Source: an uncultured delta proteobacterium (GTDB taxonomy: Bacteria; Desulfobacterota; Zymogenia; Zymogenales; Zymogenaceae). From it: a stretch of 64,000 nucleotides of DNA. Below are positions 55,217 through 64,000 of the stretch, piece after piece (position 1 is the stretch's first letter; each line of letters opens with the position of its first letter). The notes beneath the pieces are model-generated. The model was given only the letters and a program-made list of their open reading frames with translations, had not been told where the DNA came from and ran no database searches. The position numbers were made by a program, and so were the translations under genes. The stretch spans positions 320,001 through 384,000 of the forward strand of contig CAVTLK010000002.1 in NCBI GenBank assembly GCA_963735595.1, written 5' to 3'.

Positions 55217-56962
55217 TCAGATCACCTTCAAATCGCGGATCAACAACTCGCAAATCCCGCCCCGATCCCACTGGCTTTCTCTGACGGAAAAGACGGTGTC
55301 CACCATATCGGCCGCGACGTGGGACAGCCCCCCCAATCCGAACCCAATGGCGTTATAGCGGACGTTTTTTTCCTTGAAGACGAGCTTGAGGTGGTTATCG
55401 CCCACGATCCGCGATTCCCCAGGGATAAGCCCCCGGCAGAGAAAGACCGGCTCGGGATTTCCGGCCCCAAAGGGCGCCAGGAGCTTGGTTTCGTGAAGGA
55501 GGTTGTGTTTCTTGATATCCGCAAGGGTTATCTCTGAGTCGATCGTGATGGTCGGTACGAAATCGTTATCGGTTGTCATAGAAGCGACGACCTGGTCGAA
55601 ACGATCCCCGAACGTCTGTATATTCTCGGCCCGAATTGTCAGCCCGGCGGCATACTTATGTCCGCCGAAGCCCAGCATCAGCTCTTCAAGGGTCGAGAGC
55701 CCCTGATAGAGATGGAATCCGCCGACGCTGCGCGCTGAGCCTTTGGCAATACCGTCCTTGAGAGACATGAGGACGACCGGGCGGCAGTAGCGGTCCACAA
55801 GCCTGGAAGCAACGATACCCACCACTCCAGGGTGCCACCCTTCGTGGGCCAGAACGATCGAGCGGCGTTCCTGCAACATGCCATTGCCCTCAAGCAGGTT
55901 GAGGGCGTGCCTGAGCACTTCCTCCTCCATGCGCTGGCGCCTCTGGTTCTCCGATTCGAGCTCCCGGGCCAGGGAGAGCGCCTCCGTGTGGTCGTCGGTG
56001 ATCAAGAGCCGCACGCTCCGATCGGCGCTGCCGATCCTTCCCGAGGCGTTGAGGCGGGGTGCCAGCCTGAAGCTGATGGCCGAAGAATCCACGTTCCCGC
56101 GCTTGACTCCCGCCATTTCCCTGAGCGCGATAATCCCCGGACGTACGTCTTCACCCAGCTCCATCAGGCCGTATTTGACGAATACCCTGTTTTCGCCCCG
56201 GAGCGGGACGATGTCGGCCACGGTCCCAAGGGCCACCAGATCAAGGAATCTCTTTAGATTAGGGAGATCGTGAGACCCTCCCTGCTCTTTGAGCCGCTTG
56301 CGTACGGCGATTACGAGGTTAAAGGTAATTCCCACCCCCGCCAGATCCTTGAAGGGAAAGCGGCAATCGGGCCGTTTTGGATTAAGGATCGCGTCGGCGG
56401 GAGGAAGGGTATCACCAACCTCGTGATGGTCGGATACAATCACATCCATCCCGAGCTCTTTTGCCAGCTGGATCTCGTTATGGTTGGAAATGCCGGAGTC
56501 AACCGTAATAATGAGGTCGGCGCCCTGGGCATGTATGAATCGGACGGCGTCGGGATTGAGGCTGTAACCCTCCTTGACGCGGTCGGGGATGTAATATCGG
56601 GCCTCGACCCCGAGGGCCGAAAGGAAGAGGAAGAGAACCGCCACTGAGGTGATTCCGTCCACGTCGTAATCGCCGTATATCCAGATCCGTTCTCTCGAGG
56701 CCACCGCCCGGACGATACGGTCTACGGCCTTTTCCATGTCGGCCATGAGCGAGGGATCGGGGATGGAGGAAAGCTCGGGGAAGATGAAGTTGTATACGTC
56801 ATCTACATCGGCAAGGCCGCGATTGATAAAGAGTTCACAGGTAATCGGCGATATATCGAGTCGGTGGGTTTCCTTGAGCCCCTGGTGCAGACCGGTCACA
56901 AGGGTCCTGTCCGGATTTTCTCTTTCCCACCGCCGGCATGGTGCCGAGGCGGAGTGGTTCAT
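55217..56962 (-). CDS. recJ: Single-stranded-DNA-specific exonuclease
   Basis: [57 protein letters not shown]. Confidence 0.96.
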   Translation of the reverse strand: MNHSASAPCRRWERENPDRTLVTGLHQGLKETHRLDISPITCELFINRGLADVDDVYNFIFPELSSIPDPSLMADMEKAVDRIVRAVASRERIWIYGDYDVDGITSVAVLFLFLSALGVEARYYIPDRVKEGYSLNPDAVRFIHAQGADLIITVDSGISNHNEIQLAKELGMDVIVSDHHEVGDTLPPADAILNPKRPDCRFPFKDLAGVGITFNLVIAVRKRLKEQGGSHDLPNLKRFLDLVALGTVADIVPLRGENRVFVKYGLMELGEDVRPGIIALREMAGVKRGNVDSSAISFRLAPRLNASGRIGSADRSVRLLITDDHTEALSLARELESENQRRQRMEEEVLRHALNLLEGNGMLQERRSIVLAHEGWHPGVVGIVASRLVDRYCRPVVLMSLKDGIAKGSARSVGGFHLYQGLSTLEELMLGFGGHKYAAGLTIRAENIQTFGDRFDQVVASMTTDNDFVPTITIDSEITLADIKKHNLLHETKLLAPFGAGNPEPVFLCRGLIPGESRIVGDNHLKLVFKEKNVRYNAIGFGLGGLSHVAADMVDTVFSVRESQWDRGGICELLIRDLKVI

Positions 56963-56968
56963 ACCGCA

Positions 56969-56997
56969 ATTATAGGACATCTCTCCCGGCAAGTCAA
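56969..56997 (-). promoter_or_regulatory. Sigma-70 promoter of recJ
   Basis: Minus strand TTGACT-N17-TATAAT, 6 nt before ATG 56962. Confidence 0.7.
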
Positions 56998-57139
56998 TAT
57001 AAACGGTCGCGGCACCGGGAAAAAAGGACTTGACTTGTTTAGTGCCGGTGGTAAAATCGTAAACGTCTTTCGACCGAAACTGAAATATCTTCGCCGTTTT
57101 CTACTAAACCTAATGCGACGGCGGCCACAGGGTGATCAA

Positions 57140-57583
57140 TTGAGCGTTAATAAAGTAATACTAGTCGGGAAACTCGGGGCCGATCCGGAAGTCCGATATA
57201 CGTCCGGCGGCAGCGCCGTTGCCACGTTCTCTATCGCCACCAACGAGCGGTGGAACGACAAGAACACCGGAGAGCGGCAGGAACGCACCGAGTGGCATCG
57301 AATCGTGGCATGGGGGAGACTCGGGGAAATATGCGGCGAGTATCTCTCCAAAGGAAAGCAGGTCTATATCGAGGGGAGACTTCAGACGCGATCATGGGAC
57401 GACAAGGACGGAAATAAACGGTATATGACCGAGGTCGTAGCCGCGAATATGGTTATGCTCGGCAGTGCATCGGGCGCCGGGCGTGCCATGGAGGATTTTT
57501 CCGAGGGAAACGCCTACCAGGGTAAAAAAGGCCCTCCCGCCGGGCCGAAAACTCCCCCCGATGATGATGATATCCCCTTCTAA
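57140..57583 (+). CDS. ssb: Single-stranded DNA-binding protein (TTG start)
   Basis: [38 protein letters not shown]-terminal DDDIPF. Confidence 0.97.
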   Translation: MSVNKVILVGKLGADPEVRYTSGGSAVATFSIATNERWNDKNTGERQERTEWHRIVAWGRLGEICGEYLSKGKQVYIEGRLQTRSWDDKDGNKRYMTEVVAANMVMLGSASGAGRAMEDFSEGNAYQGKKGPPAGPKTPPDDDDIPF

Positions 57584-57592
57584 TACAGATCA

Positions 57593-58561
57593 ATGACAAC
57601 CCCTTTCGCGCTTATACATGAAGATCTGAAACAAGTTGAATCAGAGATTCTGGCAAGTATTTCGTCGGACGTCAACCTTATACCGGAAATCGGCAAGCAT
57701 ATATTCTTCTCGGGGGGGAAACGCTTTCGTCCCGCACTCCTCATCCTCTGTTGCCGCCTCTTCAAACCCGGGGACACCCGATGTATTACGCTGGCCGGAT
57801 CCATCGAGTTGATTCATACCGCGACGCTGCTGCATGATGATGTTGTGGACAGGGCCGACATCCGCAGAGGCAAACGGTCGGTCAATGTCGTCTGGGGAAA
57901 TGAGGCGAGCATCCTCGTCGGTGATTTCCTCTTTTCGCAGGCAGTCCTTACCGCGCTGCGAGCCGGTAACGTCCGGTTTCTTGAGATACTGACGGACGCT
58001 ACCAAGCGGATGTCGGAGGGTGAAGTCTTCGGGCTTAGTCTCGGCCATAGCCTTGACATCAGTGAGGCGCAGTATATGCGCCTTGTCACCAATAAAACGG
58101 CGACGCTTATCTCGGCAGCGTGCAGGATCGGCGCCGCCCTTGGAGGGGCCGGGCCCCAAGAGGAAGAGCGGTTGGCGGGATTCGGGCAGGACCTCGGTAC
58201 GGCCTTCCAGCTGGTTGACGATATCCTGGACTATGCATCCAGGCCCGACCAAACGGGTAAGCCTGTGGGCGGTGATCTTGATGAGCAGAAGGCGACGCTT
58301 CCGCTTATCTATGTGCTCGGGAAGATCGATGCGGCCGAAAAAAAAGAGGTAGAAAGACGGTTCCATAAGGAAAGGAAAGACGAACAGGATTTTCAGTATA
58401 TCCTGCAGTTGATTACTGCCGAGGGAGGAATCGCCTATACCCTGGAAAAGGCCGGGGAATTTATCCATAACGCGAAGGGCCGGCTTGATGATTTCCCCGG
58501 CTCCGCCGAGAAGCGGGCGCTCATAGAATTGGCTGACTATGTGATCACGAGGAACGCCTGA
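57593..58561 (+). CDS. ispB: Polyprenyl diphosphate synthase (IspB-like)
   Basis: GGKRFRP, LHDDVVD..RRG, FQLVDDILD. Confidence 0.88.
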   Translation: MTTPFALIHEDLKQVESEILASISSDVNLIPEIGKHIFFSGGKRFRPALLILCCRLFKPGDTRCITLAGSIELIHTATLLHDDVVDRADIRRGKRSVNVVWGNEASILVGDFLFSQAVLTALRAGNVRFLEILTDATKRMSEGEVFGLSLGHSLDISEAQYMRLVTNKTATLISAACRIGAALGGAGPQEEERLAGFGQDLGTAFQLVDDILDYASRPDQTGKPVGGDLDEQKATLPLIYVLGKIDAAEKKEVERRFHKERKDEQDFQYILQLITAEGGIAYTLEKAGEFIHNAKGRLDDFPGSAEKRALIELADYVITRNA

Positions 58562-58614
58562 TAAGCCGATACGCGTACTACCCGTCGATACAACTCTTGA
58601 TTGTATAATAGCCG

Positions 58615-60222
58615 ATGGATCTTGAAACAAGAGAGCAACGAGCCGGTGTGTTGGAGAAGGTTCTCGCCGAACTGGTGAAGTCCATGAGGAGTTCCTTTAT
58701 GTATCCTCCCGGACATCCTTCCCTGAAAAAATCATACGAAAACAGTTACCACTACTTTCGCGATTTCCTCGATGCCGTTGGTGAGTTCTCTTTTACGTCG
58801 GACAAGGAAGGGATAGACTACGAAGAGGCGCCGCTTACCAGAGGAAATGAAGCCGTCAAGCGGCTCTCCCAGGATCTTATTCAGAAGAACATCTTCAGGC
58901 TTACGTTTAGGAACAGTATGATCCAGGAGGAATTCGAGTCTTTCGTGTCCCTTATTGCGATGGATAACAGGAAGTTCAGAGCGCTCGGCACCGCGACATC
59001 GCTTTTTTCTCAGCACCAGATACGGGGAATCGCCGTCAAGGAGATGGAATACGACGGCCTGCTCAAGGACGGCGCCGCGGGCGAGAGGGAGGGGATTGAG
59101 AAAGAGGGGGCAGAACCGGCGCCTGAAGGCGCGCCTGAGGAAACCCCACCGGAGGAGGGTCTTGCAGGGATCGAGCCCGCGCCGGAACAAGAAGAAGATA
59201 TTCTACAGAAGGAGATAGATCACTATCTATCGCTTCTGGGTACTGAAACTGATCCCGACCGATTCAAAAAGGTCGTCCTGAGCCTTATCCGGCTCCACGA
59301 ACAACTTATAGATGAGGAAAAGAAGGAGTATGCCGTTTCGATTCTCACCGGTTTAACGAGGGAAACGATCGTATCCGGCAAACGCCCCGAATCCTTCTCA
59401 AGGATGTGCGTCACGGCAATTAGAAAATGCCGGACGGCTCCGACTATCCCCCTTATTCTTAACAACTACGTTTCACAAGACGAAAAAGCCAGGGAGCTGT
59501 GCCACCGGCTGCTCAGGATAATCGGTGACGAGTCCATCGAGCCGGCCCTCATGCGTCTTATTGACAGCCAGGATGGCCAGTTCAGGAGAAATCTCATCAA
59601 CCTATTGGTCAGCTTCGGAGAAGCAGCCAGACCTAAGCTGGAGATATATCTCTTCGACGATCGGTGGTATGTGGTCCGTAACATGGCCGTCATCCTGGGT
59701 GAGATACGGAGCGAAAAGTCTCTCAATTCCCTGTCCCGTGCCGTGAATCACGAGGACTTTCGAGTTAAAAGGGAAGTGATCAAGGCCCTGACGCGAATTG
59801 GCGGCACGAAGGTATCCTCGTTTTTGCTGCGCCTCCTGCCGACGGTACAGGAACAGTTTTCACTTATCATTATCAACTCTCTCGGCGCCTTGGGAGACCC
59901 CGCGGCGACGCAATCCCTTATTGAAATCGCGCTCAAGAAAGACCTGTTTCACAAGAACTACGAGCTCAGGAAGGAGGCGATCAACGCCCTGGCAAAGCTG
60001 CGCAGCCATGAGGCGATAGAGACCCTCGGCAGGATTATAGCCAAGAGGGAGTTCTTCGGGGGAGTCAGGTACGAGGACCTCCAGATCACCGCCGTCAGGG
60101 CGCTGGGCAGGATCGGCGGCGAGCGTTCAGTGGAATTGCTCGGCAAGGCGGCGGCGAGCCGTAATCGAAATATCAAGCGGGCGGCAACCGCATCGCTCAG
60201 CGCCCTCGGAATGCAATCATGA
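58615..60222 (+). CDS. HEAT-repeat protein
   Basis: DDRWYVVRNMAVILG, VKREVIKAL, LRKEAINAL, AVRALGRIG repeats; N-terminal YPPGHP domain. Confidence 0.85.
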   Translation: MDLETREQRAGVLEKVLAELVKSMRSSFMYPPGHPSLKKSYENSYHYFRDFLDAVGEFSFTSDKEGIDYEEAPLTRGNEAVKRLSQDLIQKNIFRLTFRNSMIQEEFESFVSLIAMDNRKFRALGTATSLFSQHQIRGIAVKEMEYDGLLKDGAAGEREGIEKEGAEPAPEGAPEETPPEEGLAGIEPAPEQEEDILQKEIDHYLSLLGTETDPDRFKKVVLSLIRLHEQLIDEEKKEYAVSILTGLTRETIVSGKRPESFSRMCVTAIRKCRTAPTIPLILNNYVSQDEKARELCHRLLRIIGDESIEPALMRLIDSQDGQFRRNLINLLVSFGEAARPKLEIYLFDDRWYVVRNMAVILGEIRSEKSLNSLSRAVNHEDFRVKREVIKALTRIGGTKVSSFLLRLLPTVQEQFSLIIINSLGALGDPAATQSLIEIALKKDLFHKNYELRKEAINALAKLRSHEAIETLGRIIAKREFFGGVRYEDLQITAVRALGRIGGERSVELLGKAAASRNRNIKRAATASLSALGMQS

Positions 60223-61589
60223 CTTCAGCATTAGACGACAAGAATACGAGCGCCGTATTCATCGAGATGGCCAAACACCTGGGCGGCGCCCTTTCGAGTA
60301 TGAAGCTGTACCCGAATTCGCATCCTTCCGTAACCAAACAAATGGGGGAACTGGACGATTCCCTTCGCATCCTGCTTGATAATAAGAACCGCCTCATCCT
60401 CGCGCTCGCGCGCAACATCCCGGTTGTCGACGGGGTCCCGGTTTACGAGAGCACCATTCATATCAATACATTCAAGAGCATCCTGATCGATAGGGGCATA
60501 GAGATCATCATAATCAAGTCGAGCCTCAAAAAGGAAGAACTGGTGCCGTTTCTTTATGTGATGAGCGGGGCACTCAAGGAGGCCGATATCTCGGATATCA
60601 ACCGGTATCTTGAAAGCCATGAGGTCAAGAACATCCTTATAAAGGACGTCACCTTCAATGAGCGGGCCAAGGAGACCTACTTCTCAGCCATCGATACGGT
60701 TACCAAGACCATCAGCGATATCCGGCGGGGCGCGGCCCCGAATATATACGAGAGTAAGCGCATTGTCCGCTCGATCGTCAACAGCATCCTGATCGATAAG
60801 AATACGCTCCTGTCTCTGTCTATGATCAAGAACTATAACGATTATCTCTATTCCCACTCGGTCAACGTCTGTATTCTTGCGGCATCGCTTGCGGAGGAAT
60901 TAGGGTATTCCGACGAGGAAATTGCCGAGATCGGGCTGGGCGGGCTGCTGCACGACGTTGGAAAGCTTAAGACGCCGCTGGGTATCCTTCTCAAGCCGGG
61001 CAGGCTCAACGCCACGGAGTGGGAAGCGATGAAACAACACCCATACTTCGGGTACGAGATCCTCAAGGGATTGAAGGGGGTCAGTCCCAGAACGGTGACT
61101 ATGGTCTACGAGCACCACATGCGACCTAACCCGAAAGGGTACCCGCACCCGAAGGAAGGCGCCAAACCGTCGGCCGAGAGCCAGATTATTGCGGTGGCAG
61201 ACACCTACGATGCAAGCACAACCCTCAGGCCGTACCAGGACCCCCTGACCCCGGTTGATGCCGTCAAGCGCATGAAGAAGATGAGCAGGGAAACGGGGGA
61301 CTTTAACCTTGATATCCTGGAGACGTTTGTCGCGATGATGGGCATCTACCCGATCGGGACGTCGGTACGGCTTGATACCAACGAGATCGCGCTGGTGGCC
61401 CGCTATCTTCCGCAACGCCCATCCCCGCAGGTGAAGGTCTTCATGGATAGGGACGGAATACTCCTCGAGGAGCCTTTCGAGGCAGACCTGAACGATATGG
61501 ATACTGAATCGGGTATGCCGGTGCGCTCCATCGTTGCCGAGGTCGATATCAATATCCGCAACATCGACCTCAACCAGATGCTGGCCTAA
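60219..61589 (+). CDS. HD-GYP domain c-di-GMP phosphodiesterase-like protein
   Basis: YSHSVNV, LLHDVGK, HP..G, EHH...GYP, VADTYDA..RPY. Confidence 0.9.
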   Translation: MTSALDDKNTSAVFIEMAKHLGGALSSMKLYPNSHPSVTKQMGELDDSLRILLDNKNRLILALARNIPVVDGVPVYESTIHINTFKSILIDRGIEIIIIKSSLKKEELVPFLYVMSGALKEADISDINRYLESHEVKNILIKDVTFNERAKETYFSAIDTVTKTISDIRRGAAPNIYESKRIVRSIVNSILIDKNTLLSLSMIKNYNDYLYSHSVNVCILAASLAEELGYSDEEIAEIGLGGLLHDVGKLKTPLGILLKPGRLNATEWEAMKQHPYFGYEILKGLKGVSPRTVTMVYEHHMRPNPKGYPHPKEGAKPSAESQIIAVADTYDASTTLRPYQDPLTPVDAVKRMKKMSRETGDFNLDILETFVAMMGIYPIGTSVRLDTNEIALVARYLPQRPSPQVKVFMDRDGILLEEPFEADLNDMDTESGMPVRSIVAEVDINIRNIDLNQMLA

Positions 61590-62311
61590 TGCAAGGTAGC
61601 CCGAGTTTCTTGTGGAAAACCGCCCTTCCTGGGATTATCCCAAGACAGTGCGTGATCTTTCGGATGATCGGTATCTCTTTCTTGGATTGGTTATCGAAGG
61701 CGCGGCCGGCGACGGTATCTGTGCCGGCCGGGGCAGGGCCAGATCAGAGCTCCAGCTCTCCGAGCGCCCAGGCGGCAGCGCGCCTGATCCGGGGGGCCTG
61801 GGAGACAAGCGAAGCGATCAGCAGCTGTTCGGCGTTCTTGGTGCTGAAGCTTCCCGAGGGCAAGGATGGTAGCCTCATCGAGTTCCTCGTCACCGGAGGG
61901 GATCAGCGAAATAAGGGCCTTTTCGCATGACCGGTCACCAATCCTGCCGAGCGATTCGACCGCCTGAATCTTGATAAGCTCACTTGTGCCCGAAAGGACA
62001 TCCATGAGGGTGGGAACGGCCTTCGGGTTCCCCAACTCCCCCATCGCCCGCACGGCCGCGAGCTTTAGATCCTCATCTTCATTTTGGACGGAGTGAATCA
62101 GGGGCACGAGGGACTTGTCGTGTCGGATATGCGCCAGCGCATAGATAAAGCGCATTTTATCCCGCTTCGAGCAGGATCGGAACTCCTTCAGTATTTCGGG
62201 GAGTTCAACCAGCCCCTCCAACTTGAGGAGGGTGGCGGCTACCTCGGTCCTCACCGATTCGTCCTGGTCCTTGAGGGCACCGATGAGGGCGTCTTTTCTG
62301 TCTTTGATCAT
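61590..62311 (-). CDS. HEAT-repeat protein, frameshifted near the C-terminus (end approximate)
   Basis: LKD.DE.VR..VA, AAVRAMGELG, AVESLGRIG, ILALGKL. Confidence 0.7.
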
Positions 62312-63281
62312 TGTTTGTCGCGCATATCTGAATACGACGGCACGAACTCTCTACCGTCAGCCTTGGTAACCGCGTTGGTTACCGCCCGGATAACCGCGTC
62401 CTCCCCCATCATGGCCAGGGTGTTCATGCCGATGCGTTTGGACGCCCCCACCGACAACACGATAGTCACGTCGCCGTCAAAGGTCGAGTGTATGGGAGAG
62501 ATGACCTTGGCCAGCGACGACTGGAGCATTTGGGCGATCTTGATTGCCTCCCGTTTGTCCAGAAGCGCGTTGGTCGCCAGCACGGCGAGCGTCGTGTTCT
62601 GACCGGGGGGGGAAGTCTGTCTTCCCCGTTCCTAATCCGCTCGGCGCTATGGGCCAGCTTTCGGCCGTCATGAGGGTCCCGGGCGCCGGCCATGACCCGG
62701 CCGGTTGCTTCGCGTCCAGGATATCACCGAATGCGTTAACCACCACTAGCGCCCCGGCAATGATCTCGCCCAGAGACTCGGACGCGGTTCCCACGCCGCC
62801 CTTCATGGCATTCGCTACGCCGTAGAGTTTACCGATAGTAGCCCCTGTTCCGGCTCCGACACTCCCTTCGGCGACGGTACCGTTGCCGCAGCTTCCGCAG
62901 CGGCATAGCCCATCGCCTCGTCCGGGCGCACCGCGGCATCTCCGATACCCGAGGTCAAAGATGATGGCGGCCGGTACGATGGGGACCTTGGCGTAGAAGA
63001 CGTCAAGGCCGATCCCCTTTTGCTCGAGGTATCTCATCACACCGCCGGAGGCCGAAAGCCCCCAGGCGCTGCCGCCGGCCAGCGTTACCGCGTGAACCAC
63101 GCCCGCGATGTGCAGGGCCGATAGAGAGTCCGCCTGCCGGGTTCCCGCGGCCGTTCCCCGAATATCGATGCCCGCCGACGGCGCCCGCCTCGGTAAGGAT
63201 TGCGGTGACTCCCGTCATGGCCTCATAGTTTTGAGCATGTCCTACCAGCACACCGGGGACATCCGTTATTGCGTCATACAT
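62308..63281 (-). CDS. P1 family peptidase (DmpA/S58 aminopeptidase), multiply frameshifted
   Basis: ITDVPGVLVGH, LAGGSAWGL, VPIVPAAIIFDL, GSVGAGTGA, VNAFGD, HSTFDGD. Confidence 0.88.
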
Positions 63282-63457
63282 CGTTCCTATTGTATCTCCC
63301 CGAGGAACACGCGGTCAAGGTTTTTTATGCCGGTCGTTATTGATCTTTCACCGTTAACGGGGAGGATACGCTCCGAAAGGGCGCCCCCCGTTGATGCGAA
63401 TGGCCTCTATTTATTTACGGCAGGGGTGCGGCCGGCCGTGCGGCCGGTCGTCCGGTG

Positions 63458-64000
63458 CTATTTCAGAATTAGGGGAAGGAAGAAGTGATCTATGAGGAGA
63501 CCGTTGATCAAGACATACGTTAACGCCCCGAGCGATAGGAACGGGCCGAACACGATAGGCATTTTTCCGTTTTCGCCCCGCCGTAGCATTACAAGGATAC
63601 CCACGATCGAGCCGATGATGCTGCCTACGAGCACGGTGACAAAGACTCCTCCTATACCAAGGAAGGCGCCGATCATGGCCAGCAGTTTTACGTCACCCCC
63701 GCCCATCCCCTCACGTTTTGTGAATAAGTAGTATATGCCGATTACCAGCAACAGACAACCGCCTCCGACGATAATCCCGATGCCGGAGCTGATCCATCCG
63801 GTATCCGGATTGATGAATGAGGAGAGAAAACCGATCACGATGCCGGGCAGTGAAATCTCGTTGGGGATGATCTGGTGATCGATGTCGATAAAGGTGATGA
63901 CGATGAGCGCCGCGACGAGGACGTAGTAGATGACAAAACGGACCGATGGTCCGTAGCGCCAGATCAGGAGGGCGGCAAAGGACACCGGAAAGAAGCTCGA
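63458..64000 (-). CDS. pilD: Prepilin peptidase (A24), C-terminal part; N-terminus lies outside the window
   Basis: FIDIDHQIIP, GMGGGDVKL, FGPFLSLG. Confidence 0.92.
   Translation of the reverse strand, partial: SSFFPVSFAALLIWRYGPSVRFVIYYVLVAALIVITFIDIDHQIIPNEISLPGIVIGFLSSFINPDTGWISSGIGIIVGGGCLLLVIGIYYLFTKREGMGGGDVKLLAMIGAFLGIGGVFVTVLVGSIIGSIVGILVMLRRGENGKMPIVFGPFLSLGALTYVLINGLLIDHFFLPLILK

Overview
GC-rich bacterial genomic window, most likely from a Desulfobacterota/'Deltaproteobacteria'-type anaerobe (inferred from gene content only). From left to right: (1) 1-6.7 kb, a minus-strand surface-polysaccharide operon (fcl, wzm, wzt, a cupin-plus-GDP-mannose pyrophosphorylase gene, PMM/PGM, gmd, start of a GT8 gene). 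(2) 7.4-17.6 kb, a plus-strand LacI-associated carbohydrate catabolic cluster with four oxidoreductases, a ThuA-like protein, a GPH symporter and a 690-aa orphan, but no recognisable glycoside hydrolase or kinase. (3) 17.7-34.9 kb, a large sigma54-driven chemosensory operon and the most unusual part of the window. Its CheA carries a helix-hairpin-helix module and three His-less Hpt-like repeats; two of its three CheB domains are catalytically degenerate; and a duplicated cassette of a 'tip-less' HAMP receptor-like protein plus a TauE/SafE transporter sits between cheY and cheA. ParA and a degenerate hemerythrin follow. (4) about 35.5-48.7 kb, an island-like segment starting at a truncated epimerase, with a 3-amino-3,6-dideoxyhexose cluster containing a BKACE enzyme, a two-component system, CoA-transferase genes (alpha subunit fused to a Cys-rich domain), a tyrosine recombinase remnant and perR-katG, ending near tRNA-Arg(CCG). 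(5) 49-64 kb, core and c-di-GMP genes (dtd, GGDEF, recJ, ssb, polyprenyl synthase, HEAT/HD-GYP pair, P1 peptidase, pilD). Many genes near the ends, and katG, have small frameshifts that look like sequencing indels. All calls come from reading motifs by eye; no database searches were run.
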